Below are positions 21,788-40,694 of a stretch of DNA of 64,000 nucleotides, piece after piece. The notes under the pieces were generated by a model. The model saw nothing but the letters and a program-made list of their open reading frames with translations, was not told where the DNA came from and did not search any database. Source of the DNA: Chrysomallon squamiferum (lineage: Eukaryota; Animalia; Mollusca); contig CM022667.1 in the NCBI GenBank assembly GCA_012295275.1, forward strand, positions 9,238,001 to 9,302,000, written 5' to 3'. Position numbers and translations under genes: made by a program. Positions within the stretch are counted from its first letter, which is position 1. Every line of letters begins with the position of its first letter.

Positions 21788-23114
21788 TAAATAAATAAAT
21801 AAATAAATAGATAAATAAATACGTTTACAAACGTTTTCAAAAAACCTAAAAATATCTTTAAAAAAAAAACCCACCTAAAATACAAATACATTTAAAAAAA
21901 AAAAAAAAAAATTAAAAAAAGAGAAAAATTAAAATAATAATAATAATAAAATTAAAAAAGAAATGTCAAACGTAACTACATACTAACTTTTACGTCACTG
22001 AGTACACACACTTAAAGCTGTATGTGGTGTAGGTAAACACAGTTATATTATCCATTGCCCTGAACGTGTTTGAACAAAATAAAACTGTAAATGTTTATTG
22101 TGTCTACATATACTGGGCGTATTCTTGTACTAAAGTTTGCTAATGTTATTTCTCAAATACAGGTAAATCAATTTAACTTGACGACGCCTAAAGAAAACTG
22201 GGAATTTCTTTTAAAAATATTTTTTGATGATGATAGTAAATTTAATGATGACGGTGGTGGTGGTAGTGTTGTTGATGGTGTTGCTGAAGATACTAATGAT
22301 GATGATGTGATAATGATTAGTGATGATAATGGTGATGATAAAACAATGATAATAATTATTATTATGATACCGATAATTATGAAGTTGATAGCGCCGATGA
22401 TGAAGATGATAATATGTTGATATTATTATTATTACTTACTGTTACTGCTACTACTACTTTTTTTATATATGACTTAAACTAAATGTCTTTTTCATTATTA
22501 CTGTAGCATTGCTACCCAAAAATAAATAAATAAATAAATAAATAAAAATAATAATAATAATAATAATAATCCACTTCGTTTTGTTTAATTTCACTTTCAC
22601 TTTTTTCTTCTGCTAAATCAAATAGACAATACAGTTTCTAAAACTTGAATATCAATTAATAATAGTAGTAGTAGTGACAGTCGCGTTAGTGCATGTATGA
22701 CATTTGCGTGTGTGCGTCGTGTCACTGATTTTGACCCGGTACATGCAGTATCGGGGAAAACCGCTAATATTATCTAGCGTTATTCAAATTAATAATGGAA
22801 ATAAAATAATACAATGAAATAAGAACTGTTGAATGATAATGAGAAACATATTCTATCATTTTAAACAAAAATACTGCTATTTGTCATTGTCTATATATAT
22901 ATACGGGTTTTTTAACAACGGATACGAAAATTACGCTTGTGGTATTTCCTCGTGTATTCTAGTCATCGGTGAACACGACCCAATGACGAATATGTTCCTA
23001 ATATGGAAAATGACGTCAGAGGCGAACACCGCACCCAGACGGCAACGAGGCAATCGATAGTAACATTAGAACACACTGCCGATAGAAGGGCTTCGTTACG
23101 GTCGAGTTTTCACA

Positions 23115-23842
23115 ATGTTCCTGGTCAGGAACAAGACTTCGAACGGATCGTTTAGTGTGAAAGACCACGAACTCTATCACGCGAGTTTTTCGTCTTTGCC
23201 GTGTAAGAAAGGAGAACGAAAACACGTGTACGCCGGCGTTTACACGGAACCGGCGAGCGGAAAGGAACGAACGTTTTAGTGAAGGTTTTCAAACGAAAAG
23301 ACGCGACGGAGACACTGTGTTCGGACGAGTTGGAACGGTACAAGAAGGCGCAGGCTCTGGCGAGGACCTTTAACAGGCTGGTGCCAAGCGCTCAGGACAA
23401 GATAGAATTCACGATTCCTCTCGTGGTTCCCGTCGACAAAGTGGCTTTAACGAACTACGTGAGTCGGTGCAAGTGCAAAGTGTCGACGAAGGAATGTGTG
23501 CTTATCGAGGAGAACCTGGGCAGAGATTTTAAAGAGTTTATAGAAAAAGACGGAACCTCGGTCTCGGTCGACCCGTCGTGCTTGGACGCTTACGTACATT
23601 ATTCTTATCACAAGAGCGGAGGGAAGCTGATAGTGGTGGGTCTGAGAGGGGTGGAAACGGACAGCGGGTACAAACTCTCTTGTCCCGTCATTCATTCGCA
23701 CGCGCAGACGTACGGAGAGGCGGACGGCGGGGAAGAGGGGATCACGAAGGCGTTCGAACACCACAGATGCACGAACTTGTGTTACGCCCTGGACCGCCCT
23801 GCGAAACAGTCTGTTTCCACTCTGAAAGCGAACGAGAGCTAA
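23115..23842 (+). CDS. Intronless alpha-kinase family protein (VwkA/MHCK/eEF2K-like domain), predicted pseudokinase; one frameshift near 23238-23241
   Basis: ATG at 23115 gives MFLVRNKTS...YHASFSSLPCKKGERKHVYAGV; adding one T in gttt joins to LHGTGERKGTNVLVKVF... Family motifs: AQALARTFN, VLIEENL, AYVHYSYHKSGGKLIVVGLRGV (canonical AFSHFTY..S...LLVxDLQGV), LSCPVIHS (canonical LTDPxIHS), YGEADGGEEG, HHRCTNLC Zn site. Confidence 0.85.
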
Positions 23843-24785
23843 CTCGCCTACACAACAAAAGTACATTCCGGGCTTTCTGCCAATCCTTACAAAACGCGGA
23901 ACGGGTATAAAAAAAAACACAACGTTGATCACTGCGACAGGGCGGCGTTACTCGGAACACGCGCTGTGGTCGTGATAAGGCGGATGACTCCAGTATTGAT
24001 ATTTCCTTCATTAATGGATTCCCTCGATTGTCATTGGACGGCGAAGGATTCGAAACGAACGCGCACGTGCCAGCGAACAGGCGTCTGCTGAATGGAAGGA
24101 GCAAAATCGAAGTAAATTATTAACACTCCCAGAGATGTTTTTCAACAAATATTTATTATTAATATTATTTTTCTTATGATGTAAGTTCTATTTTTATAGA
24201 CACAACTGCACGAAATATAAAATATATTTTTTCATAAGCAGTATTTGTTTCTGTTTTGTGTGTAGACAATGATTACTGTTACTATGTTTAGTGGTAAAAC
24301 GATGTACAGATACGTATTGAAATGACGTAAGAATGTCGAGTGATAGAAAGCATTGTCGATGCGGCTGTTCGTCCATATATTATTATTGTTGTAATTATTA
24401 TTTATTATTTATTATTAATTAATATTATTGTTATTATTATTATTGATGTTGTTGTTGTTATTGTTGTTGTTCTTATTCATCATCATTATCATCATCATCA
24501 TCTTGCAGTGGATGTTTACGTTAGTATCAATATCGCAGGGTCGGTTTAAAAAATATGTTACGCAAAGTTGGTTAGCTTGAAATGCTTTTGTTGTTACACG
24601 AAATACCTAATGTGTGACAAGTTTAACATCAGTAAGCGAGCTGTCTTTTTGTAACACTCTTAAAAAAAAAACCTGAAATGTAATGCACACATTCCAGTGA
24701 ACCAGCCTTTCATATTAAAATTACCTCAAATAAAGGGATACGGCCTCAACCTACTTACAGACGTAAGTAATAAGAAAACCACTGC

Positions 24786-24820
<35 letters not shown>

Positions 24821-24987
24821 AAACAGCAGCAGTAAATCTCGACCACTTGCATCAGTTTACTTTTAAAAGAAACGTTAAGGTTGTGCCTTCTAATTAACCC
24901 GACTTGTACACACAATTAAGGTTAAATACAAGCGTTTGTTTTAATAGGATGGACACTTAATATCTGTAGCTATCGGAATGTATATAC

Positions 24988-25246
<259 letters not shown>

Positions 25247-26100
25247 GTGCTGTGTGGGCAGTACAAACTTTGTTCAATAATTAATATTAAACCCAGTTAC
25301 ATAACAAATCTCGGACACTTTAGGACATCCCCAAACTGCTCACTTTTGTGAGGCCTTTCTTAAAACCTTAGAACACTTTTTTTCATTTTTTTTCTATACG
25401 TGTGGTAAAAATTATTTTAAAAAATACAATAATAATAAAAAATTCTGGTGCATGCAAATGTCACCGTGTCCCTGATAACCTAGCTGAAGTGAGGTTATTT
25501 TCGTGTGAACACATTTAGTCACCTTTGTCATGACAACCTTTGTTCAGTAACACAAATATTTTGCACTCAGTCGTCCATAACACAACTGACTATTTAGCTG
25601 CACACACCGATAGCCCCGAACTGTTAAATTAAACAGAATTTTTTTTTTATTACGGTAAATTTATTTCTGTACTATATTTTTGACGTGAAGTTTATTTATA
25701 TCACCTATATTCTTCAAAGTTAGTGCACCGTGCCAAACAGCTTTTCAATAGAGGCTACCTTGGTCTGCTTTTTATATTTTGTGCTACTCTTTGCATTTTA
25801 ATGGGTTTTCTTATTATATCTAGTGGCTGATCCATAATGCTTGAATCCAAACAGAAGAAAATCCACGTTGACACTATTTTAGCAGCTGTACTCAGTGTTT
25901 CAGGTTCCTGCAATAATTATTATCAATGTTTTTTTTTTGGGGGGGGTTAAACATAGTTCTGTATGCGAACTAGACTCTGGATGCAGAGTGAGATGGAAAT
26001 AAAAAAATATATATATTTCTACTGGTTACCATAACTCTGTCAACACTCCAACTTTCAGTGATAAAAATAAAAATTCCTGAAAATGAAATTAAAATAAGAG

Positions 26101-26818
<718 letters not shown>

Positions 26819-27915
26819 TGTAGCCTGATTCACAGCACGTTTTCAAGCCGGCGAATCTCTTCAAGCTTTCCCTCGAGCCTAATTAACATTAACTATTAAC
26901 TCGTGACAGTCGTGGTTTTGAAGACCAGCCACTATGTTCAGTTCTCAACGGAAATAAAAACCTTACAGCAGAAACTCGTAACATTCAAATAAAGAATAAT
27001 AATAATAATTAGTGAGGCATTGCCAACATTTTAAATTTACAAATAAAACTCGGAGTAGTAGAAGAATAAGAAAAAGGTCGAAGACGAAGATAGTAAAAAA
27101 AAAAAAAAAAAAAAAATGATGACAAAGAATAAAAAAAAAAAATAAATATATATAAGAAAAAAGAGAAAAAAAAAAAGAAATAAAAGAAGAATACAAACAA
27201 AGAGTTGAAGGGTTGCCCAGACAATTTATGTTGTTGTAATGCATAATTCACATGTAATAAATATATCTTGTCGTTTACTATGCACATGTGATTCATAACA
27301 TGCTAAAAATATAACAACTTTTTCACATGGCGTCGCTTAGCTATGCTATTGTTAGAACAAGACCACAAAGTTTGGTAATAATTAGTGCACTTAGGTCATC
27401 TTCTGTACTGTCAGTGTCTTTATGAAGTTAAATCAGGATTCTGTTTGTTATTTTCCTCGTTACACAAGTATTGATGAATAATTCGAATGTTATTTGAAGA
27501 ATTTTTGTAATTATTTTAGTTTTCGTAATTAAAAATGAGTTATTATTATTTATACTGACATGTATAAAGTGAGTGTTATAAGGTAATGATAATTTTCCAC
27601 GGCTTTAACAACAACAACAACAACAACAACAATAATCATAATAATAATAACAATAATAATGTTATTATAGTAATAATTATAATAGCAATATTAACAGTTC
27701 TAATGATGATGATACTTCTTAAATTTTGTTTAATTTGTTGTATGGTTAACACATATTCACCAATTTGATGCGCTTCTTTCTAATTATTAAAGCTTATAGA
27801 CATTAGATAACTGGACTCTTCCTATTAGATACAAGATTAAATGTTCAGTTTTCTTTAAGAACAGTAACACCAATATAACACTAGAAATACAGACGTATTT
27901 TATTTATTTATTTAC

Positions 27916-27946
<31 letters not shown>

Positions 27947-27961
27947 TTAACGTTTACTTCA

Positions 27962-28078
<117 letters not shown>

Positions 28079-28348
28079 GTTGATTTCAAGTAGAAAAGAA
28101 ATATCACGAAATGAATACAGCGCTTGTATATCTATATCACACATTTCATCAATCAATATAAATTTATTAGTCACAAGAGTCAGTAATAAGCAGAAAATAA
28201 CTTAATTAATTACAGGCATTCACACACACAAAAATAAACTTACCGTAGGGAAAATAATCAATTTTTTAGTGACTAGCATTAGATCAACCATGAGAATAAA
28301 TATCCGTTTGGACAGAAGGAAGAGAAAGAGTGTGAGACAGTGAGGGAA

Positions 28349-28471
<123 letters not shown>

Positions 28472-30663
28472 CATATACAGAGATAGACGTATATGGTGAG
28501 AAAAATAAAGAGAAACACACACATATATATAGAGAAATACAGACAGACAGAAAGAAAAAGAGAGAGGATGAAAAACAGTCAGAAATGTAATGATACTGTC
28601 ATATGTAATTATGAACATAACTATGCAACCAAGTTTTAAATAGAAGAGTTTTTATTTCACGCCATTTATATAACGCTGCAATGAGACATGTTATTATTTT
28701 ACAACGTTCATTCTTCTTCTTTTATATTGTTTTCCTTTGTAAAAATATCACACAGTTTGTCGTACGATTATAAAATATTAACAGCATCAAATTCTCGAGT
28801 CTGATAGTATATATTTACATAACTGTTGTTAACACGAGTTTTTACGTAAGGATCCTGAAAATATATCAGGTAATATTTATAAAATACGCAAATGTTTCAC
28901 TTTTAAGAAGCATCTAAACATTACGAAATAACCCAAACAAACAAACAAAACAAAAAATAATAAGAAAAAAACAACAAAAAAAAACAACAAAAAAACAACA
29001 ACAAAAAGTTAATAAATCAAATGAAAAAAAAAAAAAAAAAAGAAGAAAAGAATGAGTGAAAGAAAACAGCTAAGTTAAAAAGAATTAACTAAAAAAACCA
29101 CACCACACACACACGCACTCACACACGCACGAACACACACACACACTCACACAAACACACACATATATACATACATATAGACATATATGCAAAGAGAGAG
29201 AAAAAAATATATTTCATAGACATATTTCATATTAATAAATTCAGTATTTAAATGTGTCATTCTTTCCTGTATTGTGTCATTTTGTTCAAAATAATTTTTC
29301 TTACGTCACAGCTTAGTACATGCAAAATTTAGTAACATGACAAAGGGTCATTAAGTGCAAACATAGTCAATTACTAATATTGTTTCCTGTCCTGAAGAGT
29401 GCATTTCCTATAAGTAGCTTTTATACAACCACACCTAATTATTTATGTTAAATAAATCACAACTGTTATACTAATTCAACATTATAAAGAAGAAAAAATA
29501 TATATTAATAATAATTTTAAAAATTTTAAATACTAATACTAATACTTCTACAACTACTACTACTACTACTACTAATAATAATAATAGTAGCTGCAGTAGC
29601 AGTAGTAGTAGTTGTAGTAGAAGTAGTAGTAGCGAATAAAACATATTAAATACAACACAAAAATGTATAAGACATAAAATACTAGAAGAATTTGGAAATA
29701 ACAATAACATGAACATGAGTAAAAATAAGAACAACAACAACAACAATAATAATAATAATGATGATGATAATGATGATGATGATGATGATGACGAGGACGA
29801 CGATAAGAAGTTCAATAATAGCAGTGCTCCTGCTACTACTACCACTGCTACAACAGCAGCAACTACTACTGACAGCTATTAATAGCACTGCAGTTTCTAT
29901 TACTACTAATAAGTGTAAGTCAAGTTGACAGAAACATAATTCATGATACTGATACACAATACAGCAAACAATCGGGCAAATTTCAAATATTTTTTACTTT
30001 TTAGTAAGGCGTGAAGTACACATATAACACATGGCACAAATGCTTTTAGTTTATATCACAAGATACATGTTTGTGTTTGTTTGCGTGCGTGTGTACATAC
30101 ATTAAACTTTTTATTAAGAAAGTAAAGTATTTGTTTGATTGCACACATACAGAAATACACACGTACACACACATACATACATACATATATACACACATAC
30201 ATTCATACATACATACATACATTTGTATATATATACATATATATTTCTTATATATTTATTAAAACTAAGTGTAATTTATATCATCAGAAATAACTGTTAT
30301 AAAAAATTGTAATATAAACGTAAGCCATAACAAGAAAACATTATGTTTATTTATAAACAATAACAACAACAAAAACAGCAAAATGATACTGACAGCAACA
30401 ATAATATATATATATATATACATATAAGTTCGGAAAACATATAACCATATTGTTAAGAAAAAGAAATAGTAATAATAAGAATAATAATATTAAAATAACA
30501 GGCAGAACGTTTTGGTTTTATACAGATTTAAAAATTGAGCAATTTAGCATTAATATTGTTAAATTAGTCAAAAAAAACAAAACAAAACAAAATAAAATAA
30601 AATAAAATAAAATAAAATAAAAAAAGTAAATAAATACACAAATATATATATATATAAAAATAA

Positions 30664-30726
<63 letters not shown>

Positions 30727-31114
30727 AAATCAACTTTAAATATTGTTAAACAAATGAAAATATAAAATTCAACTGTGCGTCTGTGCATGTTAATAAATAT
30801 GCACATACTAATTTAAACGAACATATCAATCGGTTAATAGCAATAAAAATAATATTCTTCAAAACCAAAATTATAATATAATATTTTATACGCTTCAAAG
30901 CAACCAACTAAACTCAACAGTCATATATACTTATTTAAAAATATAACTTCAAACTAACAATAAACAAAGTACCCTAAACCTAATTTAAATATCATTTCAA
31001 ATCAAAATGCAATATAATATTCTCTCCACAAAACAAAAAAACATGTTTTAAAAACCATTTCATATTAAAGTACGATAAATATTTCATCAGTTCAATCATA
31101 AAACCTTCTTTAGA

Positions 31115-31183
<69 letters not shown>

Positions 31184-31441
31184 ACACACACACATATCTA
31201 TATATATATATGTATATATATATCCTTTTCTATCAAGCGGCTGAATTAAAATTAAAAATAAATATTTCAATAGTATGAATGAATACCTATACCTTTTCTA
31301 CCTTTTCTAGATAAAACACTGTGTGTCTTTTGTGTGTTCAAATATGCAACCTAGGTCGCTTTAAACTATCTTAATTTTTTTCATATCAAATACATTTATA
31401 CATTTTCACTATTAAAAATAGGACGATACGTTAAAAATAAA

Positions 31442-31485
<44 letters not shown>

Positions 31486-31545
31486 TTCATTAAAACCTAC
31501 TTTAAACTTTATTTCCCTTTCTTCTTTTCAACCATGACAGCTACA

Positions 31546-31811
31546 AAAAGCTCAGTAATATTAACTAAAACCTAATTTAAATATGATTTCTCCTTCATCG
31601 TTTCAACCATTAACATCTCGAAAAGGTCAGTAATATTGACTAAAACCTAATTTAAATATTATATCTCTTTCATCATTTCAACCATTAACATCATTAAAAG
31701 CTCAGTAATATTTACTAAAACCTAATTTAAATATTATTTCTCTTTCATCATTTCAACCATCAAACATCTACAAAAAGCTCAGTAATATTGACTAAGAACC
31801 TAATTTAAATG

Positions 31812-31818
<7 letters not shown>
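31546..31818. repeat. ~75-bp tandem repeat (about 3.6 copies) in the sulfatase 3' UTR, overlapping the stop codon
   Basis: Unit AAAAGCTCAGTAATATTGACTAAAACCTAATTTAAATATTATTTCTCTTTCATCATTTCAACCATTAACATC starts at about 31546, 31621, 31696 and 31772. Confidence 0.88.
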
Positions 31819-35364
<3,546 letters not shown>

Positions 35365-35900
35365 GTTTCTGAAAGAGAAAAAAAAAAAATTAACAACAAC
35401 CGTTACGTCAGTACTGACAACGATGACGACGACAGTGATAACCATAAACAAAGATGACAGCGACAACGACCATGAAGATGATTATGACGATAACTGCGAC
35501 GAGAAAGGATGTCAACAACGATGATAATACAATCGACAACGATAACTGCGACAACGGCTTTATAAATACAGCGACGATATCATAAAGATGATGAAGATGA
35601 TCACAAGGATGAAAATAACTGCGTCGACCACGATGATGATGATGATGAAAATGATGATTATGAAACTAAGGATGATAAACAGAAGCAAACACTGTGGACT
35701 CTGTGGTCAGTTTAATACAGTTAAGAGAAATCAGCCATACGAAAATTTTGAAATATCGAAAACAGCAGTTTTTTCTGCTAGATACATGCACTAGAGAATG
35801 ATTGTTGGCTCACAAATACATCCATGGAGCTTATTTGTTGTAAGTAACACGACCCAATATTGCGATATGAATGTAGAGAATTTTACAATTACTTTAAACA

Positions 35901-36134
35901 TGTATGTATGTATGTATGTATGTATGTATGTAGGTGTGTATATACTTTAGGATTTTGAATATTCTCTGTCTTATCTACGTCTGATTAGACTCTGCACATA
36001 GACAATATTCAGGAACGCACTTGCACAGGAGGACAAAGTCCAATCACAACCTCACAAACCCGTCGGATGCCGCTGACGAGACTCGAACGTATGACAGCCA
36101 CTCACACGCACTCCGAACGGCCATCAAGACAACC
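35901..36134 (-). mobile_element. tRNA-derived SINE, apparently near full length, with (ATAC)n tail
   Basis: Minus strand has an A-box-like TGGCCGTTCGG (36123-36113), a B-box GTTCGAGTC (36088-36080), a body ending GTGCGTTCCTGAATATTGTCTATGTGCAGAGTCTAATCAGACG, then (ATAC)n. The 3' body recurs twice elsewhere in the window. Confidence 0.7.
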
Positions 36135-36776
36135 TTGTGTGTATGTAAGTATGTATATGTGTCTGTGTGTATATGTGTATGTGTGTATATGTGTGTATAT
36201 ATATATTACAATACACACATACATAAACACACAGATATGTATGTACGTAAGTACAGATGTATGCACGAATCTGTCTTTCAATTTATCCATCAATCCATCC
36301 ATTAATTCATCCGTCCGCCGTTCTCTCTATCTCACTATATATTTATCTATCTACCTGTGTCTATCTCTGTTATCCCTCACGTTATGTAAACCGATAAACA
36401 GCCTCAACTCAACAGATTATGTCGCCACTTATCACCACACGAGAACGAGACTGAACACAAACTGTAGTTGCGCTGTGAACTGCAGGGTTGATGGCAGCCA
36501 CAAACACAATTAAGATTAACAGCAACAGCTACGCATGCTAAACTAAGTACTACAAAGTCTACTTTGTGTCTATAAATAAAACACCTGCGTGTACGTTCAC
36601 CGCTATTAGGTAGCTTGTAGTGTGGATCGTGGCTGTGTTTGGATTGTTTTCAGGAAACATAAAATTAAACAACAAGAGAATCAATCGTACTTTGTTGTCC
36701 ATCCAGAACTGAGGAAAACAATTTTCACTTTTACGCTTGTGATTTAGTTTTAAAATTGAGGAGTGAGATAAACATT

Positions 36777-36808
<32 letters not shown>

Positions 36809-37693
36809 TGTTTTTCTGGAATGTTCGTGGTGTTTCATTGAAATATTTCCCATTCTAACTAGTATATTATTTTCCTATTTTCATTTTCTGCCCGCGATCA
36901 TTTTGGTCGATTTTTTTTTTTTTTTGGCCGTTACATTTTAATGCTATCATCTGTCCAAGACAAAAGATGTACCAAATATAGTGGTATGTGCTGCCTTGGG
37001 TTGGCAAGAGCCAGTTTTCTTATCGCGTAATTATCAATGAGATAATTTGTATCGACTTGGTTTATTATTTTCCGTGTTTTATTCATCTCTTGGCAACATA
37101 CCAACAGACAAACGAATGAACAAATAAATAATTAAATAAAACAATAACAGATTGAAAACGCAGTTGATAAATAATTTTGCTAAAGAACATCATTAATAAA
37201 TACATTAAGATCAAACTTAGAAATACAGCATTGAAGCAAGGATAGAACCATAATAATAAGAAGAAGATGAAATAGAAGAAGAAGAAAAAGAAGAAGAAGA
37301 ACAACAACAAGAAGAAGAAGAATAAGTAATAATAATAATAATAATAATAACAATAATAATAAAACAACAGATGGACTTTGTAACGATTGTTTATAACTAT
37401 GTTTAAAATAAACCTTCTTCTTAGAAATCTTTAACGATATACCTGCCATGATATTTGGTATTTTAGTCACCGATAAACTAATGCAAAAACCTCTCAAGGA
37501 AATATCAAGATACAGACAGACACGTAACACAAAGAGCAGAGAGAAAAGTAAAAAATTTGTAAAAAAAGCAAGAAAGAGAAATATTTCCAAAATAACAATC
37601 TGCGGAGAAAAGTATTTATCAAACGGACATTGTTATTCAGTTACAGAACAAAAGGTAACAGGTAGAAGAAACTAAGGAGAGGGCGGTTACTCA

Positions 37694-38060
37694 CATCTTT
37701 CCAGACAAAAGACACGACTTTCACTTATCAAGACTACACCAGCTCAAGGACAAATCGAGGATATCAAAACTGTAAACAAATATCGGCAGGTGAAAAACCC
37801 AGCCGTCTTGATAATATTTTTATTTATTTTTAAAGTAACACTGACTGGATGCACATAATTTCACTTTTTCTTTCTTTTCACATCTTAGAATTTTCAAAAC
37901 ATCATTACACCTACACGAACGTAAAGTAAAATAGAACAAGAACAAAAATGCACGCTAAAATAAAGGAGAAAGAAGAAAAAAACAAATCGACCTACCTGAA
38001 CCACGAAGATTTCGGCCTTGACTCCAATGCCACAGTGTTGAAATTTAGCTAGATTCTTTA
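37694..38060 (-). other. Candidate non-coding 5' UTR exons of the sulfatase gene
   Basis: The ATG exon has an acceptor (ctctttcag) 4 nt before the ATG, so an upstream exon is implied. Candidates are 37769-37694 (tttacag...GAT|gtgagt) and an exon ending about 37996 (CAG|gtagg) next to a CpG-rich promoter-like segment. Confidence 0.4.
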
Positions 38061-38893
38061 CGGCTCTAATTTACCGCAATACCGCAGCGGTATTTCTGCG
38101 CGGACATAACAGGTATAATGATCCCGGCCAGCAGCGAATCTTAACGATCGTTACCGGAGACTTAATCGTGACGGACCGGTAATTACCGTTAGATTTGACC
38201 GATGCTCCGAGAGCTCGGAACTGATCGGGTAATGACCGCCGAGTACTGCATTTTCTTCTGGGTTTTTTTTTTTTTTTTTGTTTTTGTTTTTTTTGTTTCT
38301 AATGTCTTGTTTATTGTAGAATGTGGAAAATCGCTCAGTTCAGTTTTACGATCGTGTGTAAAATTAAGTTCGGTTATCTCTCACTTTGTCCAGGAATAAC
38401 AATAAAACACACGTGTGTGGTGACTACAGCAAACTACCACACGTTGCTGTTACTGCTGCGATTATTATTACTACAGCTACTACAACTACAAGAGCTGCTT
38501 TTATTGCAGTAATAGTTATTATCACTTCTACGATTATTAGTGTTAATATACTTGCTAATACTACTACAATTACTACTGCTGCTACTACTACTACTACAAC
38601 TACTACTACTGTTACTACTGCTACTACGACTATTACTTTTTATACTACTACAACTCGCTTTCATACTACAACTACTACTACTTCTTACTAAAACTGTTGT
38701 TATGACTACAATAACTAGTTCTACAACTATCATTACTATTATTATTTCTTCTACTTCTACTTCACTTTTTACTATCAGTACTCACAGTACTACTTCTTCG
38801 TTTACTATCCCTACTACTTCTATTATCTATTAAAAGCACTGCTGTTTGTATTTCTTTTTAATACAACCGCTACTTTAACTACTACTACTACTA

Positions 38894-38932
<39 letters not shown>

Positions 38933-40600
38933 ACTAACTAATAATAATAATAATAATCACAACATTATTAGTATCAGTACTAAAACAGAGAAGACAAAGC
39001 TACTAGAGAGATAAAAATGCAGAGGATAACATCACGTTCATCATGTTCTATTTTCTTCAACATCTTTAACAGTCAATAATTTTTTAACTCATAAATTTGC
39101 CAGCCACCTCAACACCAACGTCATCAGGATAAGAAAATAAGCGTTAAAAAAATAATAATAATAAAAAAAAAGAAAAAAAGAAGAAAAAAATGTTATGCAT
39201 TCCTGGAAAAAAATCTTGTCTTCACATATTATCGCTGTAAATCTAAGCAATAGCGCATTAAATTAGATTGCAAGAAGAAGAAGAAGAAGAAGAAGAAGAA
39301 GAAGAAGAAGAAGAAGAAGAAAAAAGAAGAAGAAGAAGATTAAATATAGATGAGTGCAAACAAATTTTCCGGCAGAAGAAAAAGTTCTGTGCCAAAGTTC
39401 ATGGACTGCCAGTTAGTAAAGGCAACTGCAGAGGTTGTTTATAATCAAAATACGTGTTTATTATACAAACCTGTTATTGAATCTAGATTGTTTTTATTGT
39501 ATTTCTAGTGATTTCACTGGTTTGTCATTCATCATTATATATAAAACAATTGTATATATACAGACATTGTATGGAAATAGTTACAGGTGACAGATGTAAA
39601 TTGTAGGTTTTATCATGATGATGACGATCATCATTAGAATAAGTATTATTTTCATCATCATTATATATCATCGTCAGTGTTATTGCAAAATGTATATTAT
39701 TCTCATCGTCATCATTTTCACACCACTACCATCATTATTACCATCATCATCATCATCATTATCATCATTTGTGACATGGATTTGGCTCATCCATGTTTTA
39801 ACATTTATTATTATTTTTAATTAATTAATATAATTACAAATACATTTTTGTTGTATATTAATTCACGCCAAGGTAAAAAAAAAAAATAATAATTTTTTTT
39901 TTAATAATATTAACCCTTGACCTTTGACACAAGCGCGAGACTGAAATTGGCTTTGGCAGCGGTAACCTCACCATGGCGTCTTAGACGTATCGGCGACTGA
40001 AAACTGGTGGCGTGCAATGAACGCTGTTAACAATAACACATTTCTGTCAGAAGCGAATGTTTGCCACATCAACGAGCATTTCGCATCGGGTCTGTATTTG
40101 CTTAAAGAAGTCAGTTTTGCTACAGTCACGTGACTAGTGTAGCGTTATTAATATAAATATTTTAATAATCCCTTCTTAACTATGATAATATTACTTTTGC
40201 CGGTATCGTCATTTTTTACGTAGTGATTTTTTTGTTGTTTCTGTGAAAGGTAAATGTTATGGATTTGTACGGAAGCACATTTAAATATATACGTGTCCTG
40301 TGTACATATATATATATATATATTTTTTATTTCTCTTAACTGATTTTTTTTTCTCAGTGCAGTCGGGTTTGACTGCTAAGGCTAGAATTTTAGAGGAGAT
40401 TGGATTTCATTTTTTTTTTTTCTTGTGATTTATTTCAGCAACGCCCTGAAAGAACCTGATATAATTTAAATTGTTCGTTTATCATCGTTTTTACTTATAC
40501 ATACGTTTTATTTGATTTTCATAAATAAATTTAGGGACATTTCAATCTGACAGGTCCTTGTAAGAAACAGTATCTTGTTTTGTTTTGTTGTTTTTATTGT

Positions 40601-40694
<94 letters not shown>

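Noticed and set aside
23447-24104. Antisense ORFs over the alpha-kinase (and plus-strand ORFs 31809-32931 over the sulfatase)
   Set aside because: Shadow ORFs of GC-rich coding exons with no independent motifs.
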